64,000 bases of DNA from Bacteroidales bacterium (lineage in GTDB: Bacteria > Bacteroidota > Bacteroidia > Bacteroidales > DTU049). The position numbers and the translations under genes were made by a program. Below, in pieces: positions 55,369 through 64,000 of this stretch; position 1 is the first letter of the stretch, and each line of letters starts with the position of its first letter. The stretch lies in NCBI GenBank assembly GCA_012520175.1, contig JAAYOU010000001.1, positions 14,544-78,543 of the forward strand. The letters are read 5' to 3'. The notes under the pieces are model-generated. The model did no database searches and was not told the origin of the DNA. It worked only from the letters and a program-made list of their open reading frames with translations.

Positions 55369-56412
55369 ATGAAAAAATTCCACACGGGCGACAAAGTGCG
55401 ATTTATCTCAACTAAAGGAAGCGGCATCGTTACTTCAATAAACAAAAACATCATTAATGTTATGATAGAAGACGGCTTTGAAATTCCTGTTGAAGCATCA
55501 GATTTAGTAGTAATAGAAACTCAATCGGAAAGAGGTAATCCATTCAACCGCAAAAACGAATTTAGCAAAATTGAAAAAAACGAAATTCCTATTGAAAAGC
55601 CTGTTGCAAAACAAAGCGATACAGAAGAGACAAGCAAAGAAAAATTACCCGAAAAAGGATTGTATATTGCCTTTATTCCTGATAATCAAGAAACTCCAAC
55701 TGTTGAAAACATAAGCGTTTATCTAATAAATTACAGCAATTGGCAAATAGCGTATAACTTATTACATTCTGACGTAAATACTGGTTTTTCTAGTATTTCC
55801 ACAGGTTTTATGCAAAAAGGAGATGCTACTTTTATTGAAAACATTCCTCAAAATAAAATTAAAAAATACGAACAAATAAGGATACAATTCCTATGTTTTG
55901 ACACAAATAACAATCAGCTTTTTGAGTCAGAAATTATAAATTTTAGCATCAAAACAAACAAATTTGTAAACGAATACATTTACAACAAAAATATGTTTTT
56001 CGACGAAAAAGCATATATCCTTGTTTTAAAAGAACTTGCTAATCCCACGCTAATAAAAAGCGACTCAAGTTTTGAAAAACCTCATAAAAAACATTCTTTT
56101 TTAATTGACCGCTTTGTCGTTGAAAATGGATTTGCAGAAGTTGACTTGCACATAGAGAAACTAAATAGCAACTACAAAAAAATGAATAAAGGTGAGATTA
56201 TGCAAACACAAATCACATTTTTTAAGCAATATTTAGATTCCGCAATAGAAAAGGGGTTGAAAAAAGTTGTTTTCATACATGGAGTTGGAGCAGGAATTTT
56301 AAAAAAAGAAATTGAAGACATTTTAAAACAATATTCTGATATTGAATATCAAGATGCAAGTATTCTGAAATACGGCATTGGAGCAACAGAAGTTACAATA
56401 AACACAAAATGA
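55369..56412 (+). CDS. Smr (MutS2-related small) domain protein with a DUF2027-like N-terminus
   Basis: C-terminal Smr domain: EVDLHIEKL...KKVVFIHGVGAGILKKEI. Confidence 0.75.
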   Translation: MKKFHTGDKVRFISTKGSGIVTSINKNIINVMIEDGFEIPVEASDLVVIETQSERGNPFNRKNEFSKIEKNEIPIEKPVAKQSDTEETSKEKLPEKGLYIAFIPDNQETPTVENISVYLINYSNWQIAYNLLHSDVNTGFSSISTGFMQKGDATFIENIPQNKIKKYEQIRIQFLCFDTNNNQLFESEIINFSIKTNKFVNEYIYNKNMFFDEKAYILVLKELANPTLIKSDSSFEKPHKKHSFLIDRFVVENGFAEVDLHIEKLNSNYKKMNKGEIMQTQITFFKQYLDSAIEKGLKKVVFIHGVGAGILKKEIEDILKQYSDIEYQDASILKYGIGATEVTINTK

Positions 56413-56525
56413 TTTTTTCAAAAAACATGAGAATTATTGTTATATTTCTTAGTCAAAATCATTAAAAAATTTAAGCCATTCAATATTTTGTATGTAAATT
56501 CGCACTTTAAACTTAAAAAGAAATT

Positions 56526-58922
56526 ATGTGGAATAAAATAATAAATCATATTTTAAGACGCAGAGTATTCAACCTTGTAACCATCGGTGTGCTAACATTA
56601 TTTATGGCATACATGGCAACAAAAGTAAAAATATCTTATGAATATGCACAAATGCTACCCATGACAGATAGCACAAGCATTATTTATCAAAATTTTAAAA
56701 AACAATTTGAAGAAGACGGAAGCAGCTTATTTGTTGGAATTAAAGACGATAAAATAAAAGAAATAGATGTTTTTAAAAAATGGTGCTCATTATCTAAAGA
56801 TTTAAAGAAAATAAAAGGCGTTGCAGGCGTAATGTCAATTACAAACACTTTAAACATTGAAAAAGATACTAACGAAAGGAAATTCAAAATAGTTCAGCTG
56901 TTTGAAAAAGAACCCACCACACAAGCCGAGCTTGACAGTTTATTAGAAAAAGCATACTCGCTGCCTTTTTACGACCAGCTATTATTCAACAAAGATAGCG
57001 GCGTAAATATAATGATGATATATATTGATAAAAAAGTATTAAATAATAAAGAGCGAGACAATGTATTAGAAAACATACGCAAGCCTATTGCCCAATTTGG
57101 ACTTGAAAATAACATAGAAATGTACTTTTCGGGAATGCCATACATAAGAACCACTATTACGCAAATGGTAAAATCCGAAATGATAATATTCGTTATTCTA
57201 GCTATAATTGTAGCATCTATTATACTATTAGTCTTCTTCCGCTCTATAAAAGCTCTTGTTTTTTCAATAGCTACTGTAATAATTGGAGTTATATGGAGTA
57301 TGGGCATGATGGTTTTATTGGGCTATGACATCACAATGCTTTCAGGAGTTATTCCGCCAATATTAATTATTATTGGTATTGAAAACTGTATTTACCTCAT
57401 TACAAAATATCATTACGAATATGCGATACACGGCAATCAAGCAAAATCTTTATCAAGAGTAGTACAGCGAGTTGGGCTTGCCACCTTCCTTACAAACGTT
57501 ACTACCGCCGTAGGATTTGGTTCTTTTATAGTAACAACGAATCCAATAATGATTGAATTTGGTGTTATTGCTTGTATTAGTATTATTTTAGAATTTGTTT
57601 TCACACTGATTTTAATCCCAACCATGTATAGCATGTTCCCACCACCAAAAACAAGGCATATTAAACATTTAGATTTTTCATGGTTAAATGGAATTATTCG
57701 TTTTCTAATCAATACTATTCAATATAAGCGAAGAGTAGTTCTTGGAATAGTTGTTTCGCTTTTAATTTTTTCAGGAATTGGAATTTCACTTATAGAAAAC
57801 AAAGGAAGCATTGTTGACGACATTCCGCATGGAGACAAGCTTTATTCAGACTTATTGTTTTTTGAAAAATACATGGATGGCGTGCTCCCACTTGAAGTTA
57901 CAATAGACACCAAGAAGAAAGAAGGCATTTTTAATCTAAATAATTTAGAAAGAATTGAAAGATTTCAAAAAGAAACAGAAAAAATTCCTGAAATATCAAA
58001 GCCACTTTCTGTTGTAGAAGTTGTAAAATTTGCTAAACAAGCTTTTTACAATGGAAACCCAGAAATGTATAAACTACCAAACAACAACGACAAAGCCTTT
58101 ATTTTCAGCTACTTACCTAGTGACATAAAGAAAAACAGCGACAATGCATTGTTAAAAACCTTTATTGACACAAACTATCAAGTTGCAAGAGTTAGCATGC
58201 GCCTAAAAAATATTTACACTCCAGAAATAAAAGCCATTAGCGATACTCTTGAAAACAAACTAAACGAAATATTCCCAAAAACAAAATACAAAACAACAAT
58301 AACTGGCTCTAGCATAGTATTTGAAAAAGGCAGTAGGTTCTTAGTTTCCAACTTATATTGGAGTCTTGCTTTAGCCGTAATAATCATTTCTATCTTAATA
58401 TACATTTTATTTAGCAACGTAAAAATGGTACTTATAACAATGATTACTAACTTTATACCACTAATTGTAACTGCGGGCACAATGGGATTTTTTGGAATAA
58501 ATATAAAACCATCAACTATTATAATTTATAGTATTGCACTAGGTATTTCCGTTGATGCAGCAATTCAGTTTCTTTCAAGATATAGGCACCAGTTGAAAGT
58601 CTCAGACTGGAATATTAAAGAAAGTGTTATAAGTGCATTAAAAGAAACTGCAAATGGCATGATATTCTCAGGCACAGTTTTAGTTTTAGGATTTTCAGTA
58701 TTTATTTTCTCACGCTTTGGAGGAACTGCAAGTCTTGGATATTTAATTGGATTAACACTATTTGTAGCAATATTTAGCAACATGTTTGTTTTACCATCAC
58801 TTATTCTATACTTAGATAAATTGATTAAAAACAAAGAAGCTAGCAAACCTTGGTTTAGTATTGAAGATAATGAAGATTATATTTCCGAAGAAGAAGAAAA
58901 AGAAAAAGAAGAAGAAAAATAA
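56526..58922 (+). CDS. MMPL/RND-superfamily membrane transporter
   Basis: Two 6-TM bundles (sterol-sensing-like), each preceded by a large extracytoplasmic loop, and an acidic EEEEKEKEEEK tail. Confidence 0.8.
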   Translation: MWNKIINHILRRRVFNLVTIGVLTLFMAYMATKVKISYEYAQMLPMTDSTSIIYQNFKKQFEEDGSSLFVGIKDDKIKEIDVFKKWCSLSKDLKKIKGVAGVMSITNTLNIEKDTNERKFKIVQLFEKEPTTQAELDSLLEKAYSLPFYDQLLFNKDSGVNIMMIYIDKKVLNNKERDNVLENIRKPIAQFGLENNIEMYFSGMPYIRTTITQMVKSEMIIFVILAIIVASIILLVFFRSIKALVFSIATVIIGVIWSMGMMVLLGYDITMLSGVIPPILIIIGIENCIYLITKYHYEYAIHGNQAKSLSRVVQRVGLATFLTNVTTAVGFGSFIVTTNPIMIEFGVIACISIILEFVFTLILIPTMYSMFPPPKTRHIKHLDFSWLNGIIRFLINTIQYKRRVVLGIVVSLLIFSGIGISLIENKGSIVDDIPHGDKLYSDLLFFEKYMDGVLPLEVTIDTKKKEGIFNLNNLERIERFQKETEKIPEISKPLSVVEVVKFAKQAFYNGNPEMYKLPNNNDKAFIFSYLPSDIKKNSDNALLKTFIDTNYQVARVSMRLKNIYTPEIKAISDTLENKLNEIFPKTKYKTTITGSSIVFEKGSRFLVSNLYWSLALAVIIISILIYILFSNVKMVLITMITNFIPLIVTAGTMGFFGINIKPSTIIIYSIALGISVDAAIQFLSRYRHQLKVSDWNIKESVISALKETANGMIFSGTVLVLGFSVFIFSRFGGTASLGYLIGLTLFVAIFSNMFVLPSLILYLDKLIKNKEASKPWFSIEDNEDYISEEEEKEKEEEK

Positions 58923-58937
58923 AAATATAAAAATAAC

Positions 58938-59804
58938 ATGAAAGGTATTATTCTCGCAGGCGGCTCCGGCACAAGACTTTATCCTATTACATTGGCAATG
59001 AGCAAACAACTTATGCCAATTTATGATAAACCCATGATATATTATCCCCTATCTGTTTTGATGATGGCTGGAATTAAAGATATACTAATTATTTCAACCC
59101 CAACCGACTTGCCACATTTTAAAAACTTGCTAAAAGATGGCTCACAGATAGGATGCAATTTTAGCTACGTTGAACAACCAATACCAAATGGGCTTGCAAC
59201 AGCTTTTACATTAGGAAAAAGTTTTATTGGCAATGATAAAGTAGCTTTAATATTGGGTGATAATATTTTCTATTCCGCAGGACTTCATAAAACACTAGAA
59301 AAAATGAGCGATCCTGATGGGGGTATAGTTTTTGCATACCATGTTTCCGACCCAGAACGTTATGGCATTGTAGAATTTGACGAAAATATGAAAGCTATTA
59401 GCATAGAAGAAAAGCCAGCTAAACCAAAATCAAATTATGCTGTACCCGGATTGTATTTTTATGATAATACTGTTATAAAAGTTGCTGAAGAACTAAAACC
59501 CAGTGCTAGAGGCGAATACGAAATCACAGACGTAAATAAACATTATTTAAACATCGGGAAATTGCATGTTGAAAAACTAAGCCGAGGCACAGCTTGGCTT
59601 GATACAGGAACATTTTCTTCTTTATTACAAGCAAGTCAGTTTGTTGAAGTTATTGAAAATCGTCAAGGATTAAAAATTGGCTGCATTGAGGAAATTGCAT
59701 ACAACAAAGGGTTTATTGATAAAAACCAACTTGAAAAAATAGCACAGCCATTACTCAAAAGCGGCTACGGACAATATTTATTATCTTTATTACACAAATC
59801 ATGA
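58938..59804 (+). CDS. rfbA: Glucose-1-phosphate thymidylyltransferase
   Basis: [18 protein letters not shown]...[18 protein letters not shown] is the canonical RmlA N-terminus. Confidence 0.95.
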   Translation: MKGIILAGGSGTRLYPITLAMSKQLMPIYDKPMIYYPLSVLMMAGIKDILIISTPTDLPHFKNLLKDGSQIGCNFSYVEQPIPNGLATAFTLGKSFIGNDKVALILGDNIFYSAGLHKTLEKMSDPDGGIVFAYHVSDPERYGIVEFDENMKAISIEEKPAKPKSNYAVPGLYFYDNTVIKVAEELKPSARGEYEITDVNKHYLNIGKLHVEKLSRGTAWLDTGTFSSLLQASQFVEVIENRQGLKIGCIEEIAYNKGFIDKNQLEKIAQPLLKSGYGQYLLSLLHKS

Positions 59805-60748
59805 TTAATGTTTTAATTACAGGAGGAGCAGGATTTATAGGAAGTAGTTTTGCAGAAAAGCTACTAAAAAATCCTGACTTATTTGTTGTTGTTGTTGATA
59901 ATCTTTCTACAGGATCTATTAATAAATTACCACAAAACAATTTAGATAGATTTAAATTTATAAAAGGAAATACTAACGATTATAGAAATATTTCTGAAAT
60001 CTTTTTCGGGTTTCATTTTGACTATGTGTTTCATTATTCTGCAACTGTTGGCGTTAAGCGGACTTTAGAAAATCCTGTAAGCGTTTTACAAGACCTAAAA
60101 AGTATTGAAAATATATTAAATTTAAGTAAAAACCTAGACGTAAAGCGAGTATTTTTTAGTTCTAGCTCCGAAGTTTATGGCGAGCCTGTAGAGTTTCCAC
60201 AAAACGAAAACACTACTCCACTAAATTCAAAGCTCCCATATGCCATTGTAAAAAACGCTTCAGAAGCATATTTAAAGTCATATTACAAAGAGTATAAACT
60301 TCCATATACTATTTTTAGATTTTTCAACACCTACGGACCAAAACAAAGCAAAGATTTTGTAATCAGCCGCTTCATAAACATGGCTTTAGAAAACTCACCA
60401 TTAACTATTTACGGAGATGGGAAACAAACTAGAACCTTCTGCTACATAGATGACAACGTAGATGCAACCTACAACTGCTTTGAACAAGTTCTAAAAAACG
60501 CTTCTACACCAAGCGAAATTATTAATATTGGAAATAATAATGAAACACATATTGAAGATGTTGCAAAACTAATAATAGAGCTCACAGGCTCATCTTCAAA
60601 ACTCAACTATCTCCCTCCACTTAAAGAAGGCGACATGAGAAGACGATTACCTGATATTACAAAAATGCAAAAATTATTAAATCGTCCTTTGTTGCCTATA
60701 GAAGAAGGAATTAAAAAAATCTTAAACAATACAAAATATATTATTTAA
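59801..60748 (+). CDS. NAD-dependent epimerase/dehydratase (UDP-glucuronate decarboxylase-like SDR)
   Basis: GGAGFIGS Rossmann motif and a YxxxK catalytic motif (YAIVKNASE). Overlaps the rfbA stop by 4 nt. Confidence 0.8.
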   Translation: MINVLITGGAGFIGSSFAEKLLKNPDLFVVVVDNLSTGSINKLPQNNLDRFKFIKGNTNDYRNISEIFFGFHFDYVFHYSATVGVKRTLENPVSVLQDLKSIENILNLSKNLDVKRVFFSSSSEVYGEPVEFPQNENTTPLNSKLPYAIVKNASEAYLKSYYKEYKLPYTIFRFFNTYGPKQSKDFVISRFINMALENSPLTIYGDGKQTRTFCYIDDNVDATYNCFEQVLKNASTPSEIINIGNNNETHIEDVAKLIIELTGSSSKLNYLPPLKEGDMRRRLPDITKMQKLLNRPLLPIEEGIKKILNNTKYII

Positions 60749-60766
60749 AAATAACACCTGATAGAC

Positions 60767-61744
60767 ATGAAAGAAGTTCTAAAACATTATCAAAAAATAT
60801 TTCAAGATGAATTTGAAAAAGTTAATTTTATAAAATTCCCATCGGAGCTATACGAGCCAATAGACTATGCACTTAAAACTGGCGGAAAACGCTTGCGCCC
60901 AACGCTTACAATAATGACTTGCGATTTCTATGCAAACGACTATAAAAACGCTATAAATCCTGCTATTGCAATTGAAACATTCCATAATTTCACACTTGTG
61001 CATGACGACATTATGGATGATGCTCCTATAAGACGCGGCTTACCAACAGTTTATAATAAATATGGAACTAATATTGCAATTCTATCTGGCGACGCAATGT
61101 TTACAAAAGCTTACGAATATGTTACATATACAGATGAGAAAAAACTGCCTTTAGTACTAAAAGTTTTCAATAAAACTGCAAGAGAAGTATGCGAAGGTCA
61201 GCAATTGGATATGAATTTTGAAACTATTCAAAACATTTCTCGCGAGCAATATATGGAAATGATTCACCTAAAAACTGCTGTACTCATCGGAGCTTGTATG
61301 AAAATTGGTGCTATTCTTGGCAACGCTTCTGAAAAAGAAGTTGACGCAATATATGAATTCGGACTAAACACTGGAATGGTTTTTCAATTACAAGATGATT
61401 TGTTAGACACTTTTGGCGATGAAAAAATATTTGGCAAACGAATAGGCGACGATATTATTGATTGCAAAAAAACTTTCCTATATATTGTAGCTCTTGAAAA
61501 TTTATCTGCTAAAGATAAAGATGAATTTATTAAAATCTATTCCGATAATAATATTGTTGATTCACAAAAAATAAAAATTATTACAGACTTTTTTAATAAA
61601 GCCAATGTGATGGAAGAATGCAAAAAAACAATGCTTGATTATCACGAGAAAGCTATTAAAGCACTTCCAAACACAGGATTAAAACTCGAACAACAAGAAA
61701 CATTAAAAGAAATTGCTGAATCAATGCTTGTTCGTAATTTATAA
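60767..61744 (+). CDS. Polyprenyl diphosphate synthase
   Basis: First DDxxD motif LVHDDIMDD..IRRG and second motif FQLQDDLLD. Confidence 0.88.
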   Translation: MKEVLKHYQKIFQDEFEKVNFIKFPSELYEPIDYALKTGGKRLRPTLTIMTCDFYANDYKNAINPAIAIETFHNFTLVHDDIMDDAPIRRGLPTVYNKYGTNIAILSGDAMFTKAYEYVTYTDEKKLPLVLKVFNKTAREVCEGQQLDMNFETIQNISREQYMEMIHLKTAVLIGACMKIGAILGNASEKEVDAIYEFGLNTGMVFQLQDDLLDTFGDEKIFGKRIGDDIIDCKKTFLYIVALENLSAKDKDEFIKIYSDNNIVDSQKIKIITDFFNKANVMEECKKTMLDYHEKAIKALPNTGLKLEQQETLKEIAESMLVRNL

Positions 61745-61756
61745 AACACAGAAAAG

Positions 61757-63265
61757 ATGGTTAGAGTACGTTTTGCACCCAGTCCAACAGGTCCACTACA
61801 TATTGGTGGCGTAAGAACTGCATTATATAATTATTTTTTTGCACTTAAAAACAATGGAAAACTAATATTACGAATCGAAGATACTGACCAAACACGATTT
61901 GTGGAAGGTGCTGAAAAATATATTATTGAAAGCCTAACATGGTGCGGCATTAAATTTGACGAAGGTCCTCATATCGGCGGAAAATTCGGTCCGTATCGCC
62001 AAAGCGAAAGAAAAGATATTTATAAGCAATATGCTTTATACTTAATTGAAAATGATTACGCTTATTACGCTTTTGACACCGCAGAAGATTTAGAAAAAAT
62101 CAGAAAAGAATACGAGTCAAGAAAAGAAACTTTCCAATATGACTGCAAAACAAGAAATAAAATGATTAACTCGCTTACTCTATCCTGCGAGCAAGTTAAA
62201 CAGCGAATAGAAAATAATGAACCATACACTATTCGACTCAAAGTTCCTGCAGAAACCATTATAGAAGTTAATGATATTATAAGAGGCAAAGTAACTGTTA
62301 AAAGTGAAAACATCGACGATAAAGTTATTTTTAAAAGCGATGGCATGCCAACTTACCACTTAGCAAATATCGTTGACGACCATCTAATGGAAATAACTCA
62401 CGTTATTCGTGGCGAAGAATGGCTACCTTCAGCTCCTCTACATGTATTGCTATATCGCTTTTTGGGATGGCAACAACCAGAATTTGCACATTTACCACTT
62501 TTGCTTAAACCCGATGGCAATGGCAAATTAAGCAAGCGAGATGGCGATAGATTAGGCTTTCCTGTCTTCCCTATGCAATGGACAGACCCTAAAAGTGGTG
62601 AGAAAAGTTCAGGATACAAAGAAAGCGGTTATTTCCCAGATGCATTCATAAACATGTTGGCTCTTTTGGGCTGGAACCCCGGCGATGAGCGTGAAATAAT
62701 GTCTGTAGAAGAAATGAGCCAAGCTTTTTCAATGGAGCAAGTGAGCAAAAGCGGTGCAAAATTTGACCCTGTAAAAGCTAAATGGTTCAATCATCAATAT
62801 TTAATGAAAAAAGACATAAAAGAAATAGCTGATGAATTTGAAAAAGTTTTATTAAAAAATAATATTAAAATCGCTGACAAAAAACAAATTGAAGCTATTG
62901 CTCTTTTACTACGAGAAAGAGTTGACTTTGTAAACGATATGTATGATGCAGGCAAATTTTTCTTTTTAGACCCAGAAACTTATAATGAAGCAAATTTGAA
63001 AAAACACACCACGCCAAATTCGCATACATGGCTCAAAGAACTAGCTAAATCATTTTCATCTATAGAATGGAATAAACAAGAAATTGACGATAGCATTTCT
63101 AAATACATTAAAACCAATGAACTTCCAGCAGGCAAAGTTTATAATATTTTACGAATTGCTATTGTTGGAGATAGCACTGGACCACATTTAACAGATATTC
63201 TTTTCATTCTTGGAAAAGAAAAAACCATATATAGAATTGAAAAATTAGCTACAATATTAAATTAA
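61757..63265 (+). CDS. gltX: Glutamate--tRNA ligase
   Basis: RFAPSPTGPLHIGG (HIGH motif) and KLSKRDG (KMSKS motif). Confidence 0.96.
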   Translation: MVRVRFAPSPTGPLHIGGVRTALYNYFFALKNNGKLILRIEDTDQTRFVEGAEKYIIESLTWCGIKFDEGPHIGGKFGPYRQSERKDIYKQYALYLIENDYAYYAFDTAEDLEKIRKEYESRKETFQYDCKTRNKMINSLTLSCEQVKQRIENNEPYTIRLKVPAETIIEVNDIIRGKVTVKSENIDDKVIFKSDGMPTYHLANIVDDHLMEITHVIRGEEWLPSAPLHVLLYRFLGWQQPEFAHLPLLLKPDGNGKLSKRDGDRLGFPVFPMQWTDPKSGEKSSGYKESGYFPDAFINMLALLGWNPGDEREIMSVEEMSQAFSMEQVSKSGAKFDPVKAKWFNHQYLMKKDIKEIADEFEKVLLKNNIKIADKKQIEAIALLLRERVDFVNDMYDAGKFFFLDPETYNEANLKKHTTPNSHTWLKELAKSFSSIEWNKQEIDDSISKYIKTNELPAGKVYNILRIAIVGDSTGPHLTDILFILGKEKTIYRIEKLATILN

Positions 63266-63310
63266 AAAAAATTAGAAAAAAAAGTTAAATTTGCATAAAA
63301 TAAAAAAGTC

Positions 63311-64000
63311 ATGCCGATAATTGGATCTCTGATAAAAAAAGCACTTGAGCTTAAAAATAAAATGCCTCTTGAAAACAAGAAGATACCAGCAGCTGCTCAA
63401 CAAAAAAAAGTTTTAACAAAATTAATTCGCAAAGCTCAATTAACAGCATTTGGAGAAAACTATAATTTTGCAGATATTTTAAAAGAAAAAGATATAATTA
63501 AAGCCTTTAAAAAAAATGTGCCTATACACGATTACAACAAAATGCATAATGATTGGTGGTATAGAGCTCTTGCTGGAGAAGCTTATGTTTGCTGGCCCGG
63601 CAGAGTGAAATATTTTGCACTTAGCTCTGGCACAAGCGAAGCAAGTAGCAAATATATTCCCGTTACTGCCGATATGATAAGAGCTATTAAACGCACAAGT
63701 ATAAAACAATTAGTAGCTTCTGCAAAATTCGATATTCCTTCCGATTTTTATAATAAAGGAATACTAATGCTAGGTGGTAGCACTCATTTACAATATAATG
63801 GCACATATTATGAAGGAGACCTTAGCGGAATAACTACTGGAAACATTCCTTTTTGGTTTCAACACCACTACAAGCCCGGAAAACGAATAAGCAGAGAAAG
63901 AAATTGGGAGACAAAAATTGAAGAAATTATTCGCAAAGCCCCCGAATGGGATATTGGAGCTATTGTTGGAGTTCCAGCATGGTTTCAAATTTTACTTACA
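63311..64000 (+). CDS. GH3 auxin-responsive-promoter-family (acyl-adenylate forming) protein, partial (C-terminus outside window)
   Basis: ATG at 63311 with a TAAATTTG -7 box upstream. An open frame of 230 codons runs to the window end. FALSSGTSEASSKYIPVT and GVPAWF are typical of bacterial GH3 family proteins. Confidence 0.75.
   Translation, partial: MPIIGSLIKKALELKNKMPLENKKIPAAAQQKKVLTKLIRKAQLTAFGENYNFADILKEKDIIKAFKKNVPIHDYNKMHNDWWYRALAGEAYVCWPGRVKYFALSSGTSEASSKYIPVTADMIRAIKRTSIKQLVASAKFDIPSDFYNKGILMLGGSTHLQYNGTYYEGDLSGITTGNIPFWFQHHYKPGKRISRERNWETKIEEIIRKAPEWDIGAIVGVPAWFQILLT

Noticed and set aside
58868-58922. (GAA)n-rich tract and the mirror poly-Phe ORF 58812-59009 as a possible phase-variable repeat
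   Set aside because: The tract is an imperfect GAA/AAA mixture encoding the acidic C-terminal tail of the MMPL transporter. It is not a perfect microsatellite. The minus-strand ORF is a shadow ORF.

Overview
This is an AT-rich chromosomal segment that looks like Bacteroidota. The evidence is two kinds of T9SS C-terminal sorting domains, a short 287-aa RpoD-type primary sigma factor, TAnnTTTG -7 boxes in front of tRNAs, and DUF1573/DUF1343-type genes. All calls come from reading the ORF translations and the DNA by eye; no database search was run.

Most of the window is ordinary housekeeping: ribF, hppA, manA, miaA, thyA-folA, lipB, rpoD, rpsO-pnp, tRNA-Leu-tig-clpP-clpX, mpl, prmC, ribD, rlmI, rfbA, gltX and five tRNAs.

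Three things are not ordinary:
1. A nuclease-rich accessory (defence-like) island at about 43.4-48.4 kb. It holds a tightly packed operon (single-HKD PLD nuclease fused to a HARE-HTH-like tail, an unknown 73-aa protein, and a DUF1016/YhcG PD-(D/E)XK nuclease). About 1 kb of highly structured non-coding DNA separates this operon from a DUF262/DUF1524 GmrSD-like nuclease.
2. A dispersed family of GC-rich, palindrome-containing intergenic units with a TGATWATCA core. At least 26 copies sit in 7 clusters, accompanied by GTGTTRA heptamer arrays and CTTTCAAACTTTATA modules. This resembles REP/BIME-type mosaics.
3. Local duplications. These are tandem mosaic T9SS BNR-like paralogs, a promoter-bearing direct repeat with 600-bp spacing, and a 3 x 153-bp in-frame repeat in a DUF1566 surface protein.

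Several ORF-track starts (TTG starts or extensions over tRNAs) were trimmed to internal ATGs.
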